From Macrostomum hystrix (Eukaryota > Animalia > Platyhelminthes), in assembly GCA_950097015.1 (NCBI GenBank), contig CATNEN010000007.1, positions 4,278,001 to 4,342,000 of the forward strand: 64,000 bases of DNA. The letters are read 5' to 3'. How positions within the stretch are numbered: the stretch's first letter is position 1; every line of letters starts with the position of its first letter. The position numbers were made by a program, and so were the translations under genes. The notes beneath the pieces are model-generated. The model worked only from the letters and a program-made list of their open reading frames with translations, did not search any database and was not told the origin of the DNA. Below, in pieces: positions 36,001 through 46,617 of the stretch.

Positions 36001-38851
36001 ATCTGGCTATGGAGAGTGTACATCTGGCCATGCACGGACTTGTACACCTGGCTAGGGAAAATTTCGCCCCTCTTCCATTTCCCGCCTGCACTCACCAGTA
36101 GTACAGCACAAACAAAACCGGCTGCACAGCCAGCACGACCTGCAGGGTCACGTGATTGCGGATGAAGTAGGCCAGGAAGGCCACCAGGATGAAGCCGGCG
36201 GCGAAGAAGCCCTGCACGAAGATGCCCGGCTGCATGCGGTACTTGGGTCCGATGATCTCCATGGCTGGGGATTTCAAGTGCGGAGAATTGCTGCGAGTGG
36301 ATCTCACACAGCCTCATAGACAGACCTCAACGATTTCTATTTTTAGAAAGCTTTTGGGGAACTCCTTTTTGAGGTACCAAAAACTTGTGTGCTATTTTTA
36401 ATCAACGAATTCCAAGTCCAAGTAAAGCTTAAAAACTCTGAAAAAATGTACATAAAGTAGGGTCCCGGTGGAGGCTGAGTGGCAGAGCGGTCCAACGCGT
36501 TTGCCTCTCTCACCGAGGTCCCTGAGGCCATTGATTCCGGTGTGAGGCCACATTAAATTGGGGCGCAGCCGCGGAGAGAAGGCTTGGGGGCTTGTCGTGC
36601 CATTAACTCCCTTTGAGGGCCAACCTCCAAGGCACAGTGAGAATGTACACTGACTGACGATGAGAAAGTCAGGGCAGATGTACACACCTGTGTGAGTGTG
36701 TGCCTGCGTACAGTATCTGTGTGATGTGTGCTCAGGAGTCAGCGAAATGGGCAGAATCGCCTTCTCGTTGGCTGCGGGTCTAGTGTCACAAAAATTGTGT
36801 GCCAATGCCCGCAGCCCTCCTGCAATTATTATTATTAATTATTAAGGGTTAATAATGTACATTAGGGAATGTACATAGCCTAGTCAGAACTAGCACTCAG
36901 CCAATCAGAGTTCAACAGCCCCCCGCAGCTCACCAATGACAAAGGAGGTGGTGAAGGTTCCGGCAGTGCAGGCGCCCACGAGGAATCGGCAGGCGATGTG
37001 GACGCCCATGACTGGCACCAGGGCGGCAGCGAGGCCGAAGACTGTCTGGCCAACTGCGGTGATGGCCACCGTCTTGATGCGGCCGATCCTGAATCGATGG
37101 GAGATGGGAGAAAGGGAAGCTAGCGGCTACTGCACTCATTGAAGCTACAGACGCGTATTTATAAGCATATTTTCGAGTGAATCACACAGCACAACATCAA
37201 GTGAAACACGGAAGGCAAAGTTACGACACGAAGACAAATTTTTGTTGTGCACAACCGCCAGATTTCTTACTAATCAGCGATTGGATTGTGGCGCTGAAAT
37301 GAAGCAGTTATGCTGGATTTATTATAAAAATACCTCAGACACAATTATCAGTCTCATCAATTTCCCCACCTCTTCATCAATCTGAAGTGTTACATCAGAC
37401 TGTGCAATTATCTCCCACAACTCTGTATCGATCTCTCCTCTCACCAGTATCAATCTCTTCTCTCAGCAGCATCAATCTCTTCTCTCAGCGGCATCAATCT
37501 CTACTCTCAGCAGCATCAATCTCTTCTCTCAGCGGCATCAATCTCTACTCTCAGCAGCATCAATCTCTACTCTCAGCAGCATCAATCTCTTCTCTCAGCA
37601 GCATCAATCTCTTCTCTCAGCAGCATCAATCTCTACTCTCAGCAGCATCAATCTCCTCCCTCAGTAGCATCAATCTCTTCTCTCAGTAGCATCAATCTTC
37701 CGCTCTCACCAGCATCAATCTCCCCTTTCAGAAACATCAGAAGCATCAATCTCTTCTCTCAGCAGCATCAATCTCTTCTCTCAGCGGCATCAATCTCTAC
37801 TCTCAGCAGCATCAATCTCTTCTCTCAGCGGCATCAATCTCTACTCTCAGCAGCATCAATCTCTTCTCTCAGCAGCATCAATCTCTACTCTCAGCGGCAT
37901 CAATCTCCTCCCTCAGTAGCATCAATCTCTTCTCTCAGTAGCATCAATCTTCCGCTCTCACCAGCATCAATCTCCCCTTTCAGAAGCATCAGAAGCATCA
38001 ATCTCTTCTCTCAGCAGCATCAATCTCTTCTCTCAGCAGCATCAATCTCTTCTCTCAGTAGCATCAATCTCTTCTCTCAGTAGCATCAATCTTCCGCTCT
38101 CACCAGCATCAATCTCCCCTTTCAGAAGCATCAGAAGCATCAATCTCTTCTCTCAGCAGCATCAATCTCTTCTCTCAGCAGCATCAATCTCTTCTCTCAG
38201 CAGCATCAACCTCTTCTCTCAGCAGCATCAATCTCTGCACCTCAGTATCGAGTCCCGCCTGACTCTCGCCAGCTCACCTGTCGGACAGAAGGCCGCTGAG
38301 AGTGCAGCCGATGAGGAAGCCGGTCATGTAGATCGAGGTGATCATCTTGACAACGAAGGAGTACTGGCACACCAGCTGAAACTGATACGGGAGGCCAAGG
38401 TGAGCGGCATTAAATCACAGGCGATTGGGGTTTGGCCATAGACAATCGCTCTTACCTGAGACCCCACCGTTGAGTAGATTGCGGTCCGGTCGAATTCCCA
38501 TTCCCTGCATCGCCGAGTGGGCCGTGACGATGAGGCATTGGGCCCAGCCTCCCCCAGCTGGAGGAAATCCAACAGGCTGTCATTGGCCAGCAGGTCGATG
38601 TCGGCGAACTGAACGCACTGGGCGAAGGCGCCCTCGCTGGTCACGGGGATGCTGGTGTTCTTTCTGACCGCCACGCTGAGGTGGTCGAGCTGCCGCACCC
38701 GGCACCAGTGGTCCTGGGAGGCGCCGGTGAACACAGAGGACAGGTTCTGCTCACCTGTGGGAATGCCGCACAGTCCGATAAGGATGTAGAGCAGAATCTG
38801 GGCTTTCCCAAACTCCCCAATTCGGCGGAGGATATTGTCGAAGTTGACCAT
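30010..38851 (-). CDS. SLC22-family (organic cation/anion/carnitine-type) MFS transporter; 9 exons defined, terminal exon unresolved
   Basis: Phase-consistent GT-AG exons: 38851-38456, 38381-38278, 37088-36934, 36264-36096, 32342-32204 (this donor GTGCCA is weak), 32095-31968, 31353-31145, 30636-30455, 30146-30010. Motifs: [96 protein letters not shown]. Confidence 0.95.
30207..30452. repeat. 25-bp minisatellite (AATGCTCAGGTGTCTGAGGACACGC)n filling SLC22 intron 8
   Basis: Visible unit running up to the exon 8 donor. Confidence 0.93.
30860..30972. repeat. 22-bp repeat (GGATAATCTCTATGAGATCCWW)n in SLC22 intron 7
   Basis: About 5 copies visible. Confidence 0.8.
31420..31946. repeat. 28-bp minisatellite (GGGAGATTGATGCAGTGTGAGATGGGAT)n in SLC22 intron 6
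   Basis: Visible unit. Confidence 0.93.
32353..35200. repeat. Compound satellite in SLC22 intron 4: 22-bp (GTGGGTGAGACATGCTGGCACT)n to about 33765, then 12-bp (GTGGRTGAGACT)n to about 35200
   Basis: Visible units sharing GTGGGTGAGAC; explains the THSL/VSPT/VGET ORFs. Confidence 0.97.
35225..35382 (-). mobile_element. SINE-like family A copy (5'-truncated body) in SLC22 intron 4
   Basis: Reverse complement reads GGCCAACCTCCAAGGCGCAGTGAAGTGTACACTGCCTGACGATGAGAAAGTCAGGGCAGATGTACACACCTG..., matching the 36458 copy. Confidence 0.75.
35955..36050. repeat. 21-bp repeat (TGTACATCTGGCTATGGAGAG), about 4 copies
   Basis: Directly visible. Confidence 0.8.
36458..36845 (+). mobile_element. SINE-like family A, most complete copy (tRNA-like head, body, AT-rich tail) in SLC22 intron 3
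   Basis: Head has A-box-like TGGCAGAGCGG and a degenerate B-box region (CACCGAGGTCCC...GATTCC); body is shared with 26848, 35225 and 44484; tail ATTATTTATTATTAATTATTAA. AATGTACATA occurs on both flanks (36445 and 36868) and is a candidate TSD. Confidence 0.75.
37445..38236. repeat. 22-bp minisatellite (CAGCAGCATCAATCTCTTCTCT)n with recurring variant blocks, SLC22 intron 2
   Basis: Visible unit. Confidence 0.93.
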
Positions 38852-40272
38852 GACCGATTAGAAGCAGAAATTCACAATCTGTGGAAGAAAAATAAATTAC
38901 CAGACCTGCTGACTGCGATTCGGAGAATGTTTAAGTAATAAAACTTGTAGCCGCAATCTGATTGGCCAGTTGAAATGGCGACCAATGAGGAGCGGGCGCG
39001 GCTGCCCTCGACGGCTGCACTATCCGGCATTGCGTAGACTAAATATTATTCGGCGGCCGACTAAAAAGATGGCGAATCATTTATGGCCTTTCCTACAGGC
39101 ATAGCCGCTCCCGCCGTGCACTGCATGAACTGCATGTTCAATCCAGCTAGTTTTGTGGGTTCAGCATTGCCGCGGATTTGTCTACTAGCAGGTCGACAAT
39201 GTGGACCTGAGCAATGGCGGGGCGGCTTTCTATTGTCCAGCATCACCTGCACAATGGCCAGCTTGCAGTGAATTTTCCAGTTGACTCCCCGGTCGCAAAA
39301 CCGAAGCCCGAGCCTGAGCAGTGACTGAGCCCGAGTGTGACCGCAGAAAAAGAAGAAAGAAAACTGGAAAAATTCTTCCAGGGGCGAGAGAGACACTTCT
39401 AGCAGACGGAAAACTCGGGGCCAATTTGAAATTAGTATTTCGTCAAAGGACAACTCGAGACCCGATACACAAACACACAAAAGAGTAGCTTAAGCCGGCT
39501 TTCGTCTCACCTAGAATTGCTGACGCATTGTGTTCTTCGAATGGTATTTCTTTTGTAGCTACCAGAACTGTCGAGTGACCCCCCAACCCTGTCTCTCTAG
39601 CCGAGAGTTTTATATCTTACCTGACTTGAGTTCTTTGGACAGCTCAGTCAGCCAGCAACCCCCGAACCCGCCGTGTGAGCTGCGATTCATAAAAAATGCG
39701 TGGAAAAGTCCCAGCACCTGCTGCTGAACTCTGGCAGTGGAGCTGACAGAAGGGAACATTCCATGTGGAAATTCAGACAGACTGCAGCAGCAGCAGCAGC
39801 AGCAGTCATTGTGCTTTCATTTATTTTCTTGAAGCTTTATGCGAGAAAGCATTTTGATTTTCGGGATTATCTGGTCATTGAAAGCCACAGAAGGGAAAAC
39901 AATGCCACAGATACGAAGAATGCCAAGACGACACCGACCCTGTCAATCAACCGGGGGTTGCGGCAGCGGCCGCGGCAGGGACCTGCCTGTCTCTCTCCTT
40001 CACTTTGTGACAGACAAACGGACTGGTAGAGTAGAGGAGGAAAGTCGTAGGAAAATATCCCAAACAGGCATAAGAGAGTTCGTGGGCTAGAGAAACAATG
40101 GTGCACAAAAAACTGACTACAGCTGAAGTGCCGGATACGGGGAGTGACAGCCCAGCACAGGCAGTCGGATAAGGAACAATAAGGCAGGAAATCGGTTAAT
40201 CCCCTCCACAGGTGCGACCGATTTTGAGCACAGGTTGTACTTTTACAGCGATTTTGTTGTTCGGAGGGAGTC

Positions 40273-42325
40273 GAATGGATTGCTAGTCTATACAACTGAT
40301 AAGGGAATAGAATGGATTGCTAGTCTATACAACTGATAAGGGAATAAAATGGATTGCCAGTCTATACAAATGATAAGGGAATAGAATGGATTGCCAGTCT
40401 ATACAAATGATAAGGGAATAGAATGGATTGCCAGTCTATACAAATGATAAGGGAATAGAATGGATTGCTAGTCTATACAACTGATAAGGGAATAGAATGG
40501 ATTGCTAGTCTATACAACTGATAAGGGAATAGAATGGATTGCTAGTCTATACAACTGATAAGGGAATAGAATGGATTGCTAGTCTATACAAATGATAAGG
40601 GAATAGAATGGATTGCTAGTCTATACAACTGATAAGGGAATAGAATGGATTGCTAGTCTATACAACTGATAAGGGAATAGAATGGATTGCCAGTCTATAC
40701 AACTGATAAGGGAATAGAATGGATTGCTAGCCTATACAACTGATAAAGGAATAGAATGGATTGCTAGCCTATACAACTGATAAAGGAATAGAATGGATTG
40801 CTAGACTATGCAACGGATAAGGGAATAGAATGGATTGCTAGACTATCCAACTGATAAGGGAATAGAATGGATTGCTAGTCTATACAACTGATGAGGGAAT
40901 AGAATGGATTGCTAGACTATGCAACGGATAAGGGAATAGAATGGATTGCTAGACTATCCAACTGATAAGGGAATAGAATGGATTGCTAGTCTATTTGAGA
41001 GAAACAGGAATAGAATGGATTGCTAGTCTATCCAACTGATAAGGGAATAGAATGGATTGCTAGTCTATACAACGGATAAAGGAAAAGAATGCATTGCTAG
41101 TCTATACAACTGATAAAGGAATAGAATGGATTGCTAGTCTATACAACTGATAAGGGAATAGAATGGATTGCTAGTCTATACAACTGATAAGGGAATAAAA
41201 TGGATTGCTAGCTTATCCAACTGATAAAGGAATAGAATGGATTGCTAGTCTATGCAAATGATAAGGGAATAGAATGGATTACTAGTCTATTTGACAGAAA
41301 CAGGAATAGAATGGATTGCTAGTCTATACAACTGATAAGGGAATAGAATGGATTGCTAGTCTATACAACTGATAAGGGAATAGAATGGATTGCTAGACTA
41401 TCCAACTGATAAGGGAATATAATTGATTGCTAGTCTATACAACTGATGAGGGAATAGAATGGATTGCTAGCCTATACAACTGATAAAGGAATAGAATGGA
41501 TTGCTAGTCTATACAACTGATAAAGGAATAGAATGGATGGCTAGTCTATGCAACTGATAAGGGAATAGAATGGATTGCTAGCCTATACAACTGATAAAGG
41601 AATAGAATGGATTGCTAGCCTATACAACTGATAAAGGAATAGAATGGATTGCTAGACTATGCAACGGATAACGGAATAGAATGGATTGCTAGACTATCCA
41701 ACTGATAAGGGAATAGAATGGATTGCTAGTCTATACAACTGATGAGGGAATAGAATGGATTGCTAGACTATGCAACGGATAAGGGAATAGAATGGATTGC
41801 TAGACTATCCAACTGATAAGGGAATAGAATGGATTGCTAGTCTATTTGAGAGAAACAGGAATAGAATGGATTGCTAGTCTATCCAACTGATAAGGGAATA
41901 GAATGGATTGCTAGTCTATACAACGGATAAAGGAAAAGAATGCATTGCTAGTCTATACAACTGATAAAGGAATAGAATGGATTGCTAGTCTATACAACTG
42001 ATAAGGGAATAGAATGGATTGCTAGTCTATACAACTGATAAGGGAATAGAATGGATTGCTAGCTTATCCAACTGATAAAGGAATAGAATGGATTGCTAGT
42101 CTATGCAAATGATAAGGGAATAGAATGGATTACTAGTCTATTTGACAGAAACAGGAATAGAATGGATTGCTAGTCTATACAACTGATAAGGGAATAGAAT
42201 GGATTGCTAGTCTATACAACTGATAAGGGAATAGAATGGATTGCTAGACTATCCAACTGATAAGGGAATATAATTGATTGCTAGTCTATACAACTGATGA
42301 GGGAATAGAATGGATTGCTAGAGTA
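40273..42325 (-). repeat. 37-bp satellite array B, reverse complement of array A (27654-28978)
   Basis: + strand unit GAATGGATTGCTAGTCTATACAACTGATAAGGGAATA. Confidence 0.97.
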
Positions 42326-42892
42326 TGCAACGAACACAAGTACAATCAGCCGATCGCATTGTGTGCCTGAAGCATGAGTCAGGTCAAAACAGAAAACTGC
42401 CGGCTATTGAGTTGCCTCGCCAGCTAACCGGGATTTCTTGATTGCCCTAATTTCTGCTGCTTTCCTTATCTATGCTGGATTGTGGTCCGTGCTACAACCT
42501 CTTTAATTGTGCTGAGGGCGGCATTTCACAGAAGAAAATTGCTAGAATAAACAAATAGTTCGGTGTCGGCAGCCACATTATTTGCCATTGAGTTTGAGCT
42601 AATTCAATCAATGCGCTGGTCGTTTGAAAGCTGTTAAAAACAGCAACAGCAGCAGCAGCAACAGAAGCAGCAACTTTGGTGTCACGCATTGTGCGAAAAC
42701 TGCCCGATAAGAGAGATAAGCGGAGAACGCGAGACACCATTTCTCTGCTTTGTTTACCAACTCCTGCGGCAGAGGGCGCTTTTCAATTACGGCTTCTCGA
42801 AGCAGAGGGACTGACTCAAAGTGCGTCGCAATGTCCTTGGACAGCCGGCTATGGAAATAACCGTGGATTAAGGCGAAATTATTGAAAGATAC

Positions 42893-43802
42893 ATCCGACA
42901 GTTTTGAAAAACCCAACAGTTTCCGGGAAATCCGACTGTTTCCGGAAAATCCGACAGTTTCCAGAAATTCCGACAGTTTCGGGAAATCCGACTGTTTGCG
43001 GGAAATCCGACTGTTCGCGGGAAATCCGACTGTTTGCGGGAAATCCGACAGTTTCCAGGAAATCCGACAGTTTCGGAAAATCCGACAGTTTCGGGAAATC
43101 CGACAGTTTCCAGGAAATCCGACTGTATGCGGGAAATCCGACTGTATGCGGGAAATCCGACTGTTTGCGGGAAATCCGACTGTATGCGGGAAATCCGACT
43201 GTATGCGGGAAATCCGACTGTTTGCGGGAAATTCGACTGTATGCGGGAAATCCGACTGTTTGCGGGAAATCCGACTGTATGCGGGAAATCCGACTGTATG
43301 CGGGAAATCCGAATGTTTGCGGGAAATCCGACTGTTTGCGGGAAATCCAACTGTTTGCGGGAAATCCGAAAGTTTCCAGGAAATCCGACTGTTTGCGGGA
43401 AATCCGACTGTTTCCAGGAAATCCGACTGTTTCCGGGAAATCCGACAGTTTCCAGGAAATCCGACAGTTTCCAGGAAATCCGACAGTTTCCAGGAAATCC
43501 GACTGTTTCGGGAAATCCGACTGTTTGCGGGAAATCCGACAGTTTCCAGGAAATCCGACAGTTTCCAGGAAATCCGACTGTTTGCGGGAAATCTGACTGT
43601 TTGCGGGAAATCCGACTGTATGCGGGAAATCCGACTGTTTGCGGGAAATCCGACAGTTTCCAGGGAATCCGACAGTTTCCAGGAAATCCGACAGTTTCCA
43701 GGAAATCCGACAGTTTCCACGAAATCCGACAGTTTCCAGGAAATCCGACAGTTTCGGGAAATCCGACTGTATGCGGGAAATCCGACTGTTTCCAGGAAAT
43801 CC
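42893..43802. repeat. 19-bp minisatellite GGAAATCCGACWGTTT(CCA/GCG)
   Basis: Visible unit; explains the REIRLF/ISWKLSDF ORFs. Confidence 0.93.
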
Positions 43803-44282
43803 ATAAGCAACCTCTTCTCTCAATAGCATCAAAAGAAATCGGAAAACTTAACAGCCTGGGGAATTTGACCAGTTTTGGAAGTCGACAGACTGAAAAAGAA
43901 AGATAAATAGAGAAGTAAATTTTTGCTTGCTGCAGACTCGAAGAACACAGCGAGTTTAGCACGACCTCCATCTTATCAACAAAGACTATTCTCTTTAATT
44001 GTTGCATTGATATAAAAACTAGTTGACACGCCACTGTAAGATATGACAACACTGACACAAAACACAAAATATGCGTTCTAAATAAAATGTTTCATTAAGA
44101 AATGCAGCACAGAGGACAGGATCAATAGCTGTATATGGACGATCGACTCATAAAAACAGATGGCTATTCAGATTGACAAGCACAGAGAGAGGGAATGATT
44201 AGAAAAATATTCGCATGACAAAAGTCACAACACCAAAAATTGAAACAGTTTAATTCGATAAACAATTGCAAATGTAAATAAA

Positions 44283-44482
44283 CTACCTACCTAACTGCCT
44301 ACCAACCTACCTACCAACCAACATTCCAACCTACCTACCAACCTACATACCTATCTACCTACCAACCTACCTACCAACCAACATTCCAACCTACCTACCA
44401 ACCTACATACCTATCTACCTACCAACCTACATACCTATCTACCTACCAACCTACATACCTATCTACCTACCAACCTACCTAC
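44283..44482. repeat. Degenerate (CCTA/CCAA)n simple repeat
   Basis: Directly visible. Confidence 0.85.
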
Positions 44483-44483
44483 C

Positions 44484-44736
44484 AGCGGTGAGGTCACATT
44501 AATTTGGGGCGCAGCCGCGGAGAGAAGGCTTGGGGGCTTGTCGTGCAATTTACGCCACTGAGGGACAACCTCCAAGGCACAGTGAGAGTGTACACTGCCT
44601 GACGATGAGAAAGTCAGGGCAGATGTACACACCTGTGTGTGTGTGTGCTCAGGAGTCAGCGGAACGGGCAGACTTGCCGCCTCGCTGGCAACTATAGTCA
44701 AATGATGCGCCACTGCTCACAATCACCTGCAAATAT
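44484..44736 (+). mobile_element. SINE-like family A copy (5'-truncated)
   Basis: GTGAGGTCACATTAATTTGGGGCGCAGCCGCGGAGAGAAGGCTTGGGGGCTTGTCGTGC... closely matches 36541-36760. Confidence 0.8.
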
Positions 44737-45197
44737 TTCGAGGTTACAATCTTATTTACCTATTTTTACCTTTAAATTCTTATCTAGTACTCAAACTCGA
44801 ATATATTTAACACAGTGTGTTGAAAAATACAAAATATTTACAATCTCATTGGTGTCGTTAAAGAGAACAGCTGAAAAGCGACTAGAAAAAAGTTCCGGGT
44901 TTGATTTGGAATGCAAAAAACTAGAAACTCAGATGAGATGAGAACAACACAGTTTTCGAGGCAGAGGAAATCGCAGACACGGACTCGATTAAACACATGT
45001 AAGATAGAACCAACATAACACACTGGACAGCTATGATACTAGTTAGTTTGCGATTTAGACGCAGAAAAATGGTACAAGACTTCACAATGCAGATATCAGC
45101 AATAAAAATATTCTGTGGCAAGAGGACACAGAGACAGATGCGACATGCTGAGAGACACCTAAATGAGGTTGGGGATTCGGAAATTGGGGGAATGAAA

Positions 45198-46470
45198 TGG
45201 GATAAGAAAGTACAGGGCAGATGGGATAAGAAAGTACAGGGCAGATGGGATAAGAAAGTACAGGGCAGGTGGGATAAGAAAGTACAGGGCAGATGGGATA
45301 AGAAAGTACAGGGCAGATAAGATAAGAAAGTACAGGGCAGATGGGATAAGAAAGTACAGGGCAGATGGGATAAGAAAGTACAGGGCAGGTGGGATAAGAA
45401 AGTACAGGGCAGGTGGGATAAGAAAGTACAGGGCAGATGGGATAAGAAAGTACAGGGCAGATGGGATAAGAAAGTACAGGGCAGATGGGATAAGAAAGTA
45501 CAGGGCAGGTGGGATAAGAAAGTACAGGGCAGATGGGATAAGAAAGTACAGGGCAGATAAGATAAGAAAGTACAGGGCAGATGGGATAAGAAATTACAGG
45601 GCAGATGGGATAAAAAGTACAGGGCAGGTGGGATAAGAAAGTACAGGGCAGATGGGATAAGAAAGTACAGGGCAGATGGGATAAGAAAGTACAGGGCAGA
45701 TGGGATAAGAAAGTACAGGGCAGATGGGATAAGAAAGTACAGGGCAGATGGGATAAGAAAGTACAGGGCAGATGGGATAAGAAAGTACAGGGCACATGGG
45801 ATAAGAAAGTACAGGGCAGATGGGATAAAAAGTACAGGGCAGGTGGGATAAGAAAGTACAGGGCAGATGGGATAAGAAAGTACAGGGCAGATGGGATAAA
45901 AAGTACAGGGCAGGTGGGATAAGAAAGTACAGGGCAGATGGGATAAGAAAGTACAGGGCAGATGGGATAAGAAAGTACAGGGCACATGGGATAAGAAAGT
46001 ACAGGGCAGATGGGATAAGAAAGTACAGGGCAGATGGGATAAGAAAGTACAGGGCAGATGGGATAAAAAGTACAGGGCAGGTGGGATAAGAAAGTACAGG
46101 GCAGATGGGATAAGAAAGTACAGGGCAGATGGGATAAAAAGTACAGGGCAGGTGGGATAAGAAAGTACAGGGCAGATGGGATAAGAAAGTACAGGGCAGA
46201 TGGGATAAGAAAGTACAGGGCAGATGGGATAAGAAAGTACAGGGCAGATGGGATAAAAAGTACAGGGCAGGTGGGATAAGAAAGTACAGGGCAGATGGGA
46301 TAAGAAAGTACAGGGCAGATGGGATAAGAAAGTACAGGGCAGATGGGATAAAAAGTACAGGGCAGATGGGATAAGAAAGTACAGGGCAGATGGGATAAGA
46401 AAGTACAGGGCAGATGGGATAAGAAAGTACAGGGCAGATGGGATAAGAAATTATAGGGCAGATGGGGTAA
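45198..46470. repeat. 24-bp minisatellite (GGGATAAGAAAGTACAGGGCAGAT)n
   Basis: Visible unit with 23-bp variants. Confidence 0.96.
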
Positions 46471-46617
46471 GAATGTAGCGGGGAGATGGGACAGGAAATG
46501 TCTAATTCTTATCCCGTAGATGTAGCAGAGCAAGTCAGGTGTTGTGGTTGAAGCGGAGGATGGCAGCTCAGACCGGCAGTTGATTGACAGCTGCAAATTG
46601 CCAGAATCTTAGTCAGC

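Noticed and set aside
43880-44067. Peptide LKRIVFVD resembling the strand before the DTW motif
   Set aside because: No following DxTW or other DTW-domain similarity; likely coincidence.
44921-45190. Hydrophobic minus-strand peptide faintly like GPCR helices (NIFIADICIV...RKLTSIIAVQCVMLV)
   Set aside because: Too short, no diagnostic GPCR motifs, and no partner exons found.
42608-46596. Multiple 200-500 aa ORFs in all frames
   Set aside because: Produced by the 19-bp and 24-bp arrays.
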